Assembly (NCBI RefSeq): GCF_018350175.1 | Contig: NC_058369.1 | Span: forward strand, 248,001 to 312,000 | Length of the DNA stretch: 64,000 nucleotides | Source of the DNA: Felis catus | Lineage: Eukaryota | Reading direction: 5' to 3' | Shown here: positions 1 to 12,440 of the stretch, in pieces | How the letters are laid out: every line of letters starts with the position of its first letter | Position numbering within the stretch: the first letter of the stretch is position 1 | Translations under genes and position numbers: made by a program | The notes under the pieces: generated by a model | The model's database searches: none | Told to the model about the DNA's origin: nothing | What the model saw: the letters and a program-made list of their open reading frames with translations, nothing else

Positions 1-3000
1 ACCAGCCCACGGACCGCGGGAATGCACTGGCTGCTCTACATAGCCCTCCTCAGCTGCCACTGGGCAGACAGGTGCCCAGGGCCCACGGAAGGCCCACCCT
101 GCTGCCACCACACCCCACATTGACCCCACCTGTCCCCCAAGCGCCCGTGAGCATCACGCACACCGCTGGATGCCAGGGTGCAGAGCCACGCCGGGATCTG
201 GCCGCGTGTGAGGCCCACTGGGAGCCAGTGATGCTTACACACAGAGCCCAGCAGATGTTACAAGCTTCCTTGATCTTGCCAGGGTGCTTCTGACACCACT
301 GCTAGGGACCGGGACCCCGTGTGACACGACATGTGTGCCCACTGTGCTGGGAGCCCCACCTCACTTCAGCCTCCCCACAGTGCCACGTGACTCAGAGGCC
401 TGGGGTGCCCTAGGATGTGGCTCCGCCCAGCATCCAGCCACCTTTTGGGGGCTCAGCTCACTTCCTGCCCCGCTGACTTCAGACCCTGAGCAAATGCCAG
501 CCCTCTCTGCAGCACCCGCTGTGTGGAGTTGCAGGATGGGGTCTGTGTCCCCCAGAGGGGCAGCCCACACGTCGGAGCACCCGGATTTCTGCAGCGGTGA
601 ACAGACGGCTGGTCACAGGGCAGGACCCGGCACGACACACAGCATCCGGCACGTGGGCACACAGAGCTGTCAGGTGGCCAGAGGGACCCGCCCGAGGCCA
701 CAGGGTGCCCCATGGGAAGGACTCCACTTATTCTGCTAAGCATCAGGGGCCAGGACTCCTCGAGGCCCCTCGAGGGGCAAGGACAGAGGACATGTAGACT
801 GAGGCATAAAGAGAGCGAGGGCAGACACCCACCGCCGCTGGGCGCTGACCACAGGCTGGCTTCCTCCCCCCAGCGCCCTCCGGGTCCGGGTCCCGCCCGG
901 TCACACACTCAGGCCGTCCCTGAGAAGGAAAGCGGTCGCCAGCAACGAGAAGGCGGCCCGAAGAGGGCCATCGGAGGCACCGCCTGCGGCGAGGCGCTCA
1001 GGGCCGTGGCACAGGGGTGGATACAACCCCGGACTGCCACCCGCTCGGCCCCCCTGGTGGGACCCTGCACCTCCTGGCGGACCCCAGGGTGCCAAGCACA
1101 CCAGGTGGCGGCCCGTGGACGCTGCGTCTCCACAACCCCGCACGTCCGCCTCATCCCAAGAGCTGCCGTTTCCTGGGCGGGTTCGAGTCTGGGCTTGTGT
1201 GCCAGGCTCGGAGGCCCTCAAGCCAGCCGGCCTGTCTGGTTCCTGCTCCCACATGCCCTGCTCCGGCTAGGCTGCCAGCCATTCCCCGTCCTGGGAGCCA
1301 GGCACTGGGGTCCCCCCTACACGTGTGCTCCCACCGAGTGGGCACGGGTTATCTCGTCAAGCCCATCTTGCAGGCGAAGAAACGGAGGTCCAGGGAGGTC
1401 GAGCACCTCACCCAGAGCCACGCTGGTGATAAGAGGCACAGCTGGGTGTGGCCTCAGCCCGACCCTGCCGAGAAGCACCTGAGAGCCGGCACTATCTCAG
1501 CGCCTACGGAGGTACCACGATGGTGGCAAAAATCAAAAGTAAGAACTGCACAAACCCCAGCCCCGACGCCCTAGAGCAGGCCAAAGTCAGGGCTACCTCC
1601 TGTGAACAGAACGTGCTGCGTGCTGGCTGGGACCTGCCACCGCTACCAGGTCGAGGGCCAACCCTCCCCATCCCGAAACAGCAGGTGTGCCCCTTACTGG
1701 TAAACAGTCACCCTGTCTACCGGGCCTCATGGAACCCTTCAAACCCACAGACAGGCACACGAGTACCTTACTGCCATTTGCTAATTTTACGGAATTTGCC
1801 AGCATTCCTAACTAAATATTTGCCAATCACTTATTCAACACTGGCTCCCTGACCAGCCTATAAACTCTGAGGGCAGAGGTCAACGATACCTTGTCACCAC
1901 CGGATTCTTGTGCTGAGGCAGGTCCTCCCCAGCCCGGTGACAGCTGCAAGAGATCAGGGTGCTCCGGGTCCAAGGCCACACGGCCAGGAAGCGGGCACAC
2001 CTGGCCAGGCCCCAGGCCCTGTGCTGGCCCCAGGAAGAGAGGCCCAGAACAGCTGGCTATGCAGACCGCCCAGCCCCAGGTCCCCCTCGGCTCCGGGCAG
2101 GCTGCTCTGGGGAAAGCCTGGGTCCCAGGGCCTGTCCTGGGCTCATACCAGCCGCAAGGGGCTGCAGGCAACTAACTCAGGCCGGTGAGCTGTCAGGCCC
2201 CCAGCCGCCTCCTGCCGTGGTCACGGTCGAGAACGGAGCTGGGGCTGCAGAAAGCCAGAAAAGGCAGAAGCAGGACTTCCGGGAGGCTAGAGTGAGGCAA
2301 GTGTCGGCTCCCCCAGCGGGTGCTCACAGCTGAGGTTTCGTTTTATTTCTCCCTCCTCCCTCGCTTCTGGAAGCCGCACCTCCCTACCTTTTCTCGCCTT
2401 CTGGGCCCAGGCATTGCTCTCTGCTCCCAACCTGACTTGAGCCCACTTCCTTCCTCTGTGGCTGGGATGATGCCCATAGACTCCTTCCCCTGGCCCCCTC
2501 CTCCCAGGGGTCCCCACTGCTGGCAAAGGCAGGACTGAGTCTGGCTTTGAGACGAGAACAGCCTCCACCCACCACCCACCACCCAGGCGACTGTGGGGAG
2601 CATGCGGGCCAGAGATAAAGTACTAGGAGCACCTAGAAAGTGCTCAATAAATCCTCACCACCTGCAGGGCCTCCACCATCCCACACCTCCCTCTTCCTGC
2701 TCCGTGGGAGCTGGCCCAGGGGCAACTGTCAGGATGTCAGGGCCACAGCTGGCCTGCGCTTCCCCTGGCTTCATTTTTCCCACCTGTAAAATAGGAAAGG
2801 GTCGAACCAGACCCCCGCTTTCCCTGTGGGCCTGGAGCAGGGGAACACGGGCCCCATCCTAGACCTGCTAACTAGGAACCTCCGGGGCGAGGAGCCTGAA
2901 ACACTGTACGTTGAACAAGCAGTCCCCTGCCGCACCACACGGTTTGGGAAACGCTGGCCTAAAGGAGAAGGCAACACCTGGCCACAGGCGGGCCTAAACC

Positions 3001-3487
3001 CGCCCCCCAACCCCCACTCCGGGGAAGCACAAAAGCGCAGGCTCAGGTCACGAAAGTCTGCCCGGGGCTGTCAGGCCCGGGCCAGGTACACAGCCGTCCC
3101 GTCTCGACATCGGGAAAGCAGGCGGGAGCGCTCGGCGGGGCGGCCCGCAGCCAGGCGCCCGCAGCGCCGACCACGCGCTCCGGGAACGGCCCCCGGAGAC
3201 ACCTCCCGGGGTCCGATTCCCCCCACCTCCCTCCTCCGGGGCGGGGCGCCGAGCGCAGGTCACGCGGCCTCTGCGGGCCTCAGTTTCCCCGTCGGGGACC
3301 GAGCGGCCTCCCCGCCGCGCATCTGGGATCATCGGTCCCGCTGCTTCCCCGGGGGTGGGCCCCGCCTCCGGGCCCTCCGCAGCGACCCGGGCCAACGCCA
3401 CCCGGGCCTCAGTTTCCCCGGCGGGGCCAGCTCGCTTCAGGCCAAGGGAGAGAGAGCCCCCGCCCGCCGCCCCGGCCCGCGCCTCAC

Positions 3488-3528
3488 CGGCAGGCGCGGC
3501 ACGATCTCGACCGAGCAGCAGTGGCAGA
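3488..3528 (-). CDS. RNF126: RNF126 E3 ubiquitin ligase, visible 3' part of coding exon 1 (F)[13 protein letters not shown]; the 5' part lies in the N gap and downstream exons lie left of the window
   Basis: Minus strand reads tc-tgc-cac-tgc-tgc-tcg-gtc-gag-atc-gtg-ccg-cgc-ctg-ccg|gtgagg. This matches the N-terminal zinc-finger start of RNF126 ([25 protein letters not shown], recalled) and ends at a canonical phase-0 donor. Its position head-to-head with FSTL3 fits human synteny. Confidence 0.9.
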
Positions 3529-3683
3529 NNNNNNNNNNNNNNNNNNNNNNNNNNNNNNNNNNNNNNNNNNNNNNNNNNNNNNNNNNNNNNNNNNNNNNNN
3601 NNNNNNNNNNNNNNNNNNNNNNNNNNNNNNNNNNNNNNNNNNNNNNNNNNNNNNNNNNNNNNNNNNNNNNNNNNNNNNNNNNN
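3529..3683. other. Assembly gap (155 N)
   Basis: Run of N in the sequence. Confidence 1.
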
Positions 3684-5103
3684 CACGCACGGCGTGGGGT
3701 GGAGGAGCGCGCGGGAGCGAGGCGGGCGGCGCGCGCGGCAGGCGCCTGCCCGGGCGACGGTGGTCGCGGAGGGACAAACTCAGTGCGGGCGCCTCTCTCG
3801 CAGGGCTCCGAGTAAGGGGACGGAGCCGGGCCTGGAAGCCCGAAGGCGGGGCTGGGAGGGGCGGGGCCGAGTCTCCTTGGCAACCCGGAGCAGGGAGCGG
3901 GGGTGTGGCTGGGGGCGAGGCCCGGCTCCGAGGAGGCCGAGGGGAGCGGCCTGCGCGGGGTGGGGTCGAGCCCCTCCTCTTCTCCGAAAGAGGCCAGGCT
4001 TCCACTTCCCTCGTCGGGTCTTCTATCCCAAGTGCCGCCTTTCTGTCCCCCCGCCGTCCTCACTGGTTTCTGGGCACCGGGCGCACTCTCACCTCCGGGC
4101 CTTTGCACTTGCTGTGCCCCCGCCGGGTGCACCCCAGACACCTGCGTGGCTTGCTTTCTCCTTTTCTCAAGCCTTTGCCCTTCTCAATGGCACTTATTCC
4201 CGCCTGACGAAACATAGAGTCGGCTCCACAGTGGAAGGGGTGTTTATATCTTGTTCCCAGCTGGACTCCTAATAGCGCCTGGTACACAGGTATTCCATGA
4301 ACACGTTGAATAAACGCAGGGAGCCCCGTTCCTGGGTCGAAGGAGGACTGCCCTCTGTGCCTCAGTGTGACCCACGGGATAAGACAGTGCAAGGCCTGCG
4401 GGGTGTGGCCTTGTTTTTGAGAGCAAAGAGAACCTAACCACTCCCCTCTCCAAAAAATTAATCAGCAAAAACTGCACTATCACCTGGCACAGGCCCGGAA
4501 CATTTCTGAGGTTAATTCCAGCCCAGTCATGAACTTATTTCCCTCATCTACTCAACAGAACGTTCATGGGTCACCTGCCACGTGCCACACTTTGTGATGG
4601 GTGGTACAAGGACATAACACGGAACGCAACGCAACAGGCAATGAAAGTGGCTCGGTGGCTCAGGGAGACAGAGCTGGACGCAGGCACCCCAGCCCCGTGA
4701 GGCTGAGCCAGAGGATGGGTCCCTAAGGCCGTACTGGCTCTGCCTGGGGAGACAGACAGGGTTTCCTAGGGGAGGGGGCATTTGAGCCAGGGCTTTGAGG
4801 AATGAATAGGAGTAGGTTGGAGTTGGGCCTCCCGCAAAAGGGGGCACAGGAACCAGACTGTCAAGGCATTAAAAATTGGAGCCCGTGTACAAAGGATCTT
4901 GAATGTCAGGGTAGGGACAGGGACTTCTCTGACAGTCAGTCTTGTCCCCCTCAAGGTTCAGGGGTGATTCCAAGCCATTCCTGGTCTGGCCACTAGAGAG
5001 TATGCAGGTCCCATCACTGGGAATCCAGGAAACCCCAGATCCAGGGAGGGCAGTTCATTTCAGGCCACTCAAGCCCAGCCCCTAGCTCATTTCATACCAC
5101 CAA

Positions 5104-5158
5104 CATTCATTCATTCATTCATTCATTCATTCATTCATTCATTCATTCATTCATTCAT
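5104..5158 (+). repeat. (CATT)n microsatellite, about 14 units
   Basis: Uninterrupted cattcatt... run, typical of an expanded L2 tail. Confidence 0.95.
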
Positions 5159-5204
5159 CCTGTAGAAGTTTATGAGGTATTGAGCAAGAGGCCTTACAAC
5201 CATC

Positions 5205-5310
5205 AGGCCTGTGTTCAAATCCCACCAAGTCATGCTGGCTGTGTGACCCCGGGTAGGTCACTTAACTCCTCTGTGCAAATGGCAGAACCCACCTCCCGGG
5301 TTTGGGGATT
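5205..5310. mobile_element. MIR-like SINE fragment
   Basis: gttcaaatccc...gctgtgtgacc...ggtcacttaac...ctctgtg...aaatgg resembles the MIR core (recalled consensus). Many similar MIR/L2 remnants are scattered through the window and are not listed individually. Confidence 0.55.
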
Positions 5311-7091
5311 GGATGAGGCTGGGAGCACACATGGGCACACACGGCACTTCCTTGGTCCTCGCTGGTCCCCTTGGGTGGGCCAAGCTGCATCCCACCTCGC
5401 GACCCCTGTCTGGTCATGCCCTCTGCTGGGCACGCCCTTCCCACTGTCCCTTCTGTTTCCTTGCTTCTGTTTCCAGTCCCTCCCTGAGGGAGCCCCATCC
5501 CATACTGCACCCCGCTGCCTGGCACCCTTTTTCCTTCTCCTACAGCTATCCCCAAATCCAGGAGTTATCAACGGCGTCTCCCAATACATGAGGCCAGTAC
5601 TCAGCATATAGTAGATGCCCCATAGATTCTTGAATAAACGAATAATTAGTGAGTGCCTGCTGCGTGCCAGGCCCAGGCAGGGTTTGTGTACTATAAATCT
5701 AAGGGCTAAGTATGTGCTGGGCCGGAAGTTTAATCTTCGTGCAAGCACCATGATGTGAGGAAAATGAAGACCCCCATTTTATAGTTGGGGAGACTGAGGG
5801 CTCAAACATGGTCATGCGGCAGGGCCAGGACTCAGGCACAGGCCATTGGGTCTCTGTGCCCTCTGCGTGGGCTCTTGCCTGCTGGCTACCCTGGGACTGT
5901 GGCATTGGAATGCAAGCACTCAGGCCGTGTCTGCAAATGACCCGGTGTCTCTGCAGTTCTGGGGCCCTCAGGTACCCACTTCCAGCCCTGTGGCTACCTT
6001 GCTGCTGTTGCTGCTGCTGGGACAGACCTGGGAGGGCACTCTGATTGCCAGGCACAGTGAAACACAACTTGAGGGTTGCCCAGCACTTCCCGAGAAAGGC
6101 TCTGAAAGTGGGTTGAGGAGGTAGGCGGCACCTGGGCCCTACACATACCCCCCAGGACAGGGCCATGCCTCCCTCCTCAGACTTCCCACAACACGGTTGT
6201 GCTTCCCCCTAGACACTGCAAGACAAGGACCAACAGCCCCTCCAAGACTCAGTCTTTCATCTGTAAAGTGGGTCTGCCTCCCACCTCCCGGGGAGGCTGC
6301 CTCTGCAAGTGGCGGCTGTGATTATAGTCTCCCAGCTCTCTCTAGTTGCTAGACCTTTCACGTGCCTTCCCCTTTGCCAGGAGCACCCTTTCCTTCCGCC
6401 GCGGCCGCCGCCACGCTGAGCCAGGGGCCTCAGGGGCAGAGGGGAAGTTGCCCCGATACCGTGCACCCTTGAGTCTCCGCCTTGGGCGGGTGACTTCTGC
6501 TCTTGCTAGGTTTCCTCGCCTGTCACCCAGGGACACAGTAGCTTTGTCCTCTGTGTGGGGAGATTTCAGGAGGTGGAGCCTGTACAAGGGCAGGGCCCCC
6601 CCCCCCAATCCTCTCCCAGGTTCACCCTGTTCCTTTTCTTGTGGCTTTGTAGTGTGTTTGGATCTTGATTTGGGGCAAGTGACCATGTTTGAACCTCTTT
6701 TCTTTCTCATTTATTTTTCCAGATGAGAGTTAGAACGGTCTTGGTTCGTTCTCAGGAGGGACCAAGCCATGGAGATTCCGATTGGAGCCACATTCAACCA
6801 CCAGAGAGCTGGTGGCATTAAGTGGCTTGTCCTGGGCCAGGGGGCAGGTGTGCCCTCATGTATTCACCTGCTTAGTTCAAATCAAGCCTCAGGGAGGAGC
6901 CTTCGGGGACTTCGGGGTTGGAGAAAGCGAGTTCCCATGTTTCAGGCAAGAGACCGAGGCACCAAGCGGGTAGGGCCACTGGCCCACCAGCCAGTATTCC
7001 TACAGGTGTGAATATGCCACCGTCTGAGTATGCAGTTTTTGTCTTTTAAAAATTTTATTTGTGTATTTTGAGTTATGTCTTTTCTCCCCCA

Positions 7092-7258
7092 TTTTAAAAT
7101 TTTTATTTGAGAGAGAAAGAGAGAGAGAGAGAGACAATGAATCCCAAGCAGGCTCCACACTCAGCCTGACTCTGGGCTCCATCTCATGACCCTGGGATCA
7201 CCACCTGAGCAGAAATCAACAGTCAGACACTCAACCGACTGAGCCACCCAGGCATCCC
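7092..7258 (-). mobile_element. Can-SINE (carnivore tRNA-derived SINE)
   Basis: Reverse complement begins gggatgcctgggtggctcagtcggttgagtgtctgact, then a (CT)n tract and an A-rich tail. Confidence 0.9.
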
Positions 7259-7479
7259 TTCCCTTTTTATTCGTGTTTGTTGGCTTGTACTTTTTATTTA
7301 TATTTTTCATTTTATTCATACACACGCAGGTGTATCTCCAAAAGCAAGCTACTTGCTTACCTGAACCGAAGGCACATTTACCAAAGACACAAAGTCAGGG
7401 CTAATCCGCAGCCTCATCCAAGCTGGCTGCTCATCTCCGTGGTTTGGTCTCGTTCCGCGTCCTGTGGTTGTCAGTTCTC

Positions 7480-7895
7480 CCACATGGGACATTTTTGGCC
7501 GTGACCTTACACACGGCATAGGCCTGGATCAGGGCAAGCGAGTTCTGGTGCTTTCTCCTCCCGTTCACAGGCCCAACCCCAGAACGCTGGACACCTGAGC
7601 AAACAGACGACGGGCCAAGGTGGATGACAGGACAAGGACGTGCCCAGGTCGCCCCTGTGCCGGGTGGTGAGGACGTGCCCTGGGGGCGAGAATGCTGCAG
7701 GATAGAGGGCGCGCCCTGGGGGCGAGGACGCAGAGGCCACCGGCCGGACAGCGGCGAGCGCTGCGACCCCCGGACACATCTGATTTTGGCCGCTGAGACC
7801 CGCCTCAGACCCCTGACCCCCAGCACCGCGAGGCGTCGGGTTTGTGCAGCTAGAATCGCGGTCATCTGTTAGAGCAGCAAACGGGAACCGAATCC
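7480..7895 (+). mobile_element. MLT1-type (ERVL-MaLR) solo LTR, degraded
   Basis: ctgattttggcc...cagacccctgacccccagcac...ggtcatctgttagagcagcaaacgggaacc resembles the MLT1 3' end (recalled). Subfamily not determinable by eye. Confidence 0.55.
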
Positions 7896-8669
7896 ATCAA
7901 GCTCTCACGGGTCACGTGCACACACGCTCGGCCGCGCCGTCTTCCAGTCCCCGCCCTGGCAGGTTGTCTCTCCTACCATTGGCCAGATCTGGGTCACATG
8001 GTCACGCCTAAACCAATGGCTAGCAAGAGGAGGGCGGGCCCTACCTTTGGTTACAAATCATACTGCCGGCTCCCTGCCCAAGATCTGGTCACTTTGCGGG
8101 GACGGGGGTGCGGTGGGGGCGCTTGGGGATGGCGTGGAAGAGTTGCAGCGGGGATTGCATGGATTGAGCAGGAAGGGGCTGGAACCCAGGCTGAGAAGCC
8201 TGGACTTCGTCCAGGGGCCATGGGGAGCCACGGTGGCGTTTGAGAGGGGAGGGCACATCCGATGAAGGCGTCATGAAGCCCAGCTCTGACCAGAGTTCTC
8301 CCGTAGCATCCACCACCCCCGAGTCTTCAGGTGCTGCCTTGGTTATCAACATCACATACCCTATCGGAGAACCCACAAGGCCTTGAAGTTTTCAGGTCCT
8401 AGTGCAAGGGCTGTGGACATTGAGTGAGTGTGGAGTCCATCACAAGCCTTCGTCCGGCTTGAGGAAGGTGGGAGCTGGGGGGGGGGGAGGGGGGGGAGGG
8501 GAGGGGAGGCGGGGGCGACCCTGACCGTTCTGGACCAAGCTAAGACCCATATCCTGGAGGCAAAGGTCTGCACTTCAGGGTGTGTGTGATTCCTATAGCC
8601 CCTGCAGACCCACTGCTCTGGGTCCTAAAGGCTCCACTTGAATAAAATGTAAATGGGCTTATTGAAAGC

Positions 8670-8950
8670 TGGTTTTGTCCACTACGAGCGACAGAAACTC
8701 AGCTTAAATGGACTTCGTCTTATTGGGGTGGAGGAGTTCAGGTGCAGCTGGATCCAGGACTCCCAATAGCGGCACAGGGAATTTCTGCTGCCCCCTCTTG
8801 GCTCAGCATCCCACTGGATTGGCCTCTCCCTGGCCATTGGTAGGAGCCACCTGCAGCTCTAGGCTCACACCCATCTAGCTCAGGCAGGAAGTTGGTGTCT
8901 CTGGATCCCAGAAAAAAATCTCAGAGCTTACTCCTCCCGGCTTGCTGAAT
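8670..8950 (-). mobile_element. Old MLT1J/K-like LTR fragment
   Basis: gcgacagaaactcagcttaa...ttcaggtgcagctggatccaggactc resembles antisense MLT1J/K (recalled). Confidence 0.4.
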
Positions 8951-9664
8951 GTCAGATGATTCTAATTGTTTGAGCCTGGGTTGGTGTCCATTCCTGGGGT
9001 CATTTGGACTGGAAGCACAGGAGGTGATTTCTCAAAGGAAAATCCAGTGCTGGAACCAGAACGGGATGCCAGCCGCAACCTGGGGGCTGGCCCCCCATGT
9101 CCGATCCAGAATGGGGAGGGACCTGCCCCACAGTTCAGCACGTGGGGCCTGGGATCTTGCTTCTCTGGTACTGTCCCCACACTGTGGGGCTTTGTGACTG
9201 CCGGAAAGTCACTTTCCCTCCTCCAGCTTTGAATACCCCCTCTGTAAAACGGATGCCTGTCTCACAGCATTGTGGTGAGTGGCAGAGAAGACTCGTCACG
9301 CATCTTCCCTGGGCAAACAGTTGTCTGCTGGTTAATAAGAACCGGGGCACACATGTCGTGCCCCTGCTGTGCACCAGGCACGGTCCCTGGCGTCCTTCCT
9401 AGAAGCTGCAGGCCTGGGATCTGTGCCCATTTTACAGGTGAGAAAATGGGCACAGAGAGAAAATGGCCACACACGTGGCCTAGCCAAGGCGGCACATCCT
9501 CCTTCCCCCAGAAGGCCCCTTCTCGTTCCAGGCCCCAGGGTCACCCTCCTGCTCCTGGGGGCGTCTATACCGCCGCCTGCCTTCATATTTGTGATCACTC
9601 TCGTTTGTCTCCAGCCAAAGGGGACCCTCTCACGGTGGCACCAAACCCGGTCTGTAGCACTCGT

Positions 9665-10060
9665 TGCCCGTTGCTGCTCTAAGGAACTGCCACGAACGTG
9701 GTGGCTTGAAACAAGACACATTCTTCTCTTCCAGTTCTGGGGGTCAGAAGTCCACCCCTGAACCAAAATCGAGGTGTTGGTAGAGCTGTGTTCCTTCTGG
9801 AGTCTCGGGGTGGGGGGAGGGTCTGTTCCTTGATTTTCCAACTTCTAGAGGCTATGCACTGGCTCAAGGCCCCTTCCTCTGCCTTCACAGACAGCAATGG
9901 CAGGTCACGTACATCACTGTGACCACAGAGGGAAGTGGTCTCCGCTTTTGACGATCCTCTGATTCCACTGGGCCCACCTGCGAAGCCCGGACCGTTTCCC
10001 TGATCCAAACCTTTGAGGTGGGTTTTCTCTGACCTGTAGCACAAACATCCTATCACGTCT
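9665..10060 (-). mobile_element. MLT1-type solo LTR, degraded
   Basis: ttgctgctctaaggaactgccacgaacgtggtggcttgaaacaa...cagttctgggggtcagaagtc is the reverse complement of an MLT1 3' end (recalled). Confidence 0.6.
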
Positions 10061-11389
10061 GTCCCCACACCCCCTTCCTCACCATTGTTCAGTCCAATGC
10101 GATTTAAATGTCCTCCTCCTCTGGGAAGTCTGCCTGGGCCTCCCCGGTCTGCACTGGGTAGAGCATCCTCCATCACAGTCCTGATCACTTTGGATTGTCA
10201 TCGCCTGTTTTCTGTGGGGTCTGGAGGAGTGAAGCCTGGGGCCACGGGGAGTCATGGTGGATGTCTGAGCTGGGGGAGGAGCCTTATGGTGGACAGCCAA
10301 GGTAGGAAGCGGGCTGCAGGGGATGAGGCTGAGACCAGTTCAGGGTGGACAGGAGGGCATGAAAAGGAGAGACCAAAAAGGGGGGGGGAGGGCTCCCCAG
10401 AGAGGGCCAGTGTCTTGCTTAAGGTCACCCAGCACATGGCCTCTGGGTCGGAGGAGAGATAGGCCAGGATGGGAGGCAGGAGGGTGCTGGCAACTGGTCT
10501 CAGTTTCGAACCCACGCCAGGCCAACAATGACCCTTTGGTTTGCACAAACCCAGGCTGGGGCGGCTGAGCCACAGCAGGGTCAGCCCTCGGCCAAGGCCA
10601 CAATGTCCAGCTCTTGCACACCCCTGGTGAGGACATAGGGTCCCATCCCCGCCCCATCCCCAACCGGGGGAGAATCCCCTCACATACTCAGAGGCCAAGG
10701 ACAGGCCAAGAAGCTGGGTGTCCTCCCTCAGTGCCACTGGGCAGGGACGTGGCCCTTGGCCACGGGTGGGGGCACATGGGTCAGGCTGAGCAGCTGAGAT
10801 GGGGCAGAGGTCTAGGCGTGGTGTATGCTGCTGACAGATCTCGTGTACACGGAAGGCGTCTGCTGTGTGGCTGAGGGATCTTTGGGTTCCATACCTGGGG
10901 AAGGAGTGGGGGGAGATGCGGGAATGGGGGGGGTGACGAGGCACCCCCCCCCCCCACGATACACCATACTGCTCGCAAGCGTTTTTATTTTCCCGAAAGC
11001 ATTTCCCCTCTTTGAAGTCATATATTAATTTGTCCATGTAGGTATTTCATTTCCGCGGCCCCTGCAAGCCATGGGCTTGGTGATGACAAGACAGAGCGTT
11101 CCTTGGTCACTCGGGAACCCAGCACCTTGAACAAGCCCTGCCATGAGGAGATCGTCAAGAATTATTTCTTGGAAACTCAGAGAGGGGCTGTACAGGACCC
11201 CCGAGCCTTTGGAGGATGCCCTGACAATTTGGGGGGGGGGGCTCCCAAACAGGAAGAGTGTCCACTGCACTAAGGCCCCAGTGGTCACTACTTTCCAGGG
11301 CCACGCTGATGTCTGAGGTCACTGTCACAAACTGGAAAGTCTGGGATTCCAGGTGGCCAGGGGCTGCAGACACAGCACTGAACCTGGGG

Positions 11390-12440
11390 AGAGGAGAAAA
11401 CCCTAGCCAGTGAGTTCTCTTTGATGCGGCCCGGGAGGACCGTTTGCAGGGGTCTGGGGGGCGGGCGCGCCCGGCACACTGTGGCAGTCGTGCGGTAGGA
11501 TCGCTGCTGTCCACGACGCCGGGAGGGACCGTTGGTGGCTCTGGGTCTCCCGCTGTCGCCCTTGCGCCCCTCCGCCTCTGCTGCCGCCCGGCCCTCGCCC
11601 ACCCGCACTTGCTCACGCCCAGCTGTGCCCACGGGCTGCAGCGGCCAGGTGGGGGCCCCCGGGGTGCGAGTGGGCGTTGCCGGGACTCAGGTCTCCGGAA
11701 GTGTGTGGGCGCACCGGGGCGGGGATGAGTCTGGGGGCGCCACGTGAGCGAGCGACCGCAAGCAAGCCACGACGCGGCTGACAAGGAACCGTAGGCCGGC
11801 TCCCCGTGGGTCCCCAGCGAGCTCAGCCACAGCCCTCCGGCCGAAGACCCCACCTCCCCAAACGCGCGGTGAGCCCCGGAGCTCACACCAGGGGCCAGGC
11901 TGGCCCTCTCGCCCCGGCCACGGGGACACCTTCCCGGGCGAGTTCTCGGGCTCCCGGGTCGCACTCCTGCCCCCCCCACCCCCCCGCGCAGCTGCCCTCG
12001 GGGTGGCCAGGCCCAGCCCCTGCACACACCGTGCGCGCCCCGGCCCCGCGCCCCGCCCCGGCCCGGCCCCGCCCGCAGCCAGCGGGACCTTTATAGGGAG
12101 CGCCCGGCCGCGGCGCGCTGGGAAGTCGGTGCCGCCGCCCTCCCAGCCGCCCGCCCGCCCGCGCCTCCGACGCGGGGGCCGCCGCCGTCTCTGCGTCCGC
12201 CATGCGTCCCGGGACGCCGGGGCCACTGTGGCCACTGCCCTGGGGGGCCCTGGCTTGGGCCGTGGGCTTCGTGGGCTCCGTGGGCTCGGGGGACCCCGCG
12301 CCCGGTGAGTGGGGCGGCCGGAAGGGGCGGGCGGGGTGGGCCACCCACGTGGGCCTGCCCGGAATGCGGGCCTTGGGGGAGACGTTGGGGGCACGGCGGC
12401 CGTGCTAGCCGCTGATCGGGCGGCCTCCTCAGGTTCAGTC
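11390..12440 (+). promoter_or_regulatory. CpG island / FSTL3 promoter with GC boxes and a TATA-like CArG box (CCTTTATAGG, 12088-12097)
   Basis: CpG-dense sequence, tandem CCCCGCCCC boxes near 12050-12075, and an A/T box about 110 nt upstream of the ATG. Confidence 0.75.
12202..12304 (+). CDS. FSTL3: FSTL3 exon 1 (signal peptide)
   Basis: gccATGc start; donor cccg|gtgagt. Confidence 0.97.

Larger units (their letters stand above)
3030..4060. promoter_or_regulatory. CpG island / RNF126 promoter and first exon
   Basis: Dense CpG and GGGCGG boxes around RNF126 exon 1. Boundaries approximate. Confidence 0.75.

Noticed and set aside
1-3487. Further RNF126 exons (DYICPRCESGFIEEL...)
   Set aside because: Not found in the minus-strand translations or by eye. 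The region appears to be intron 1.
2826-4272. 200-330 aa ORFs around the gap
   Set aside because: They are open because of CpG-island composition and N translation. Only the [13 protein letters not shown] segment has recognisable homology.
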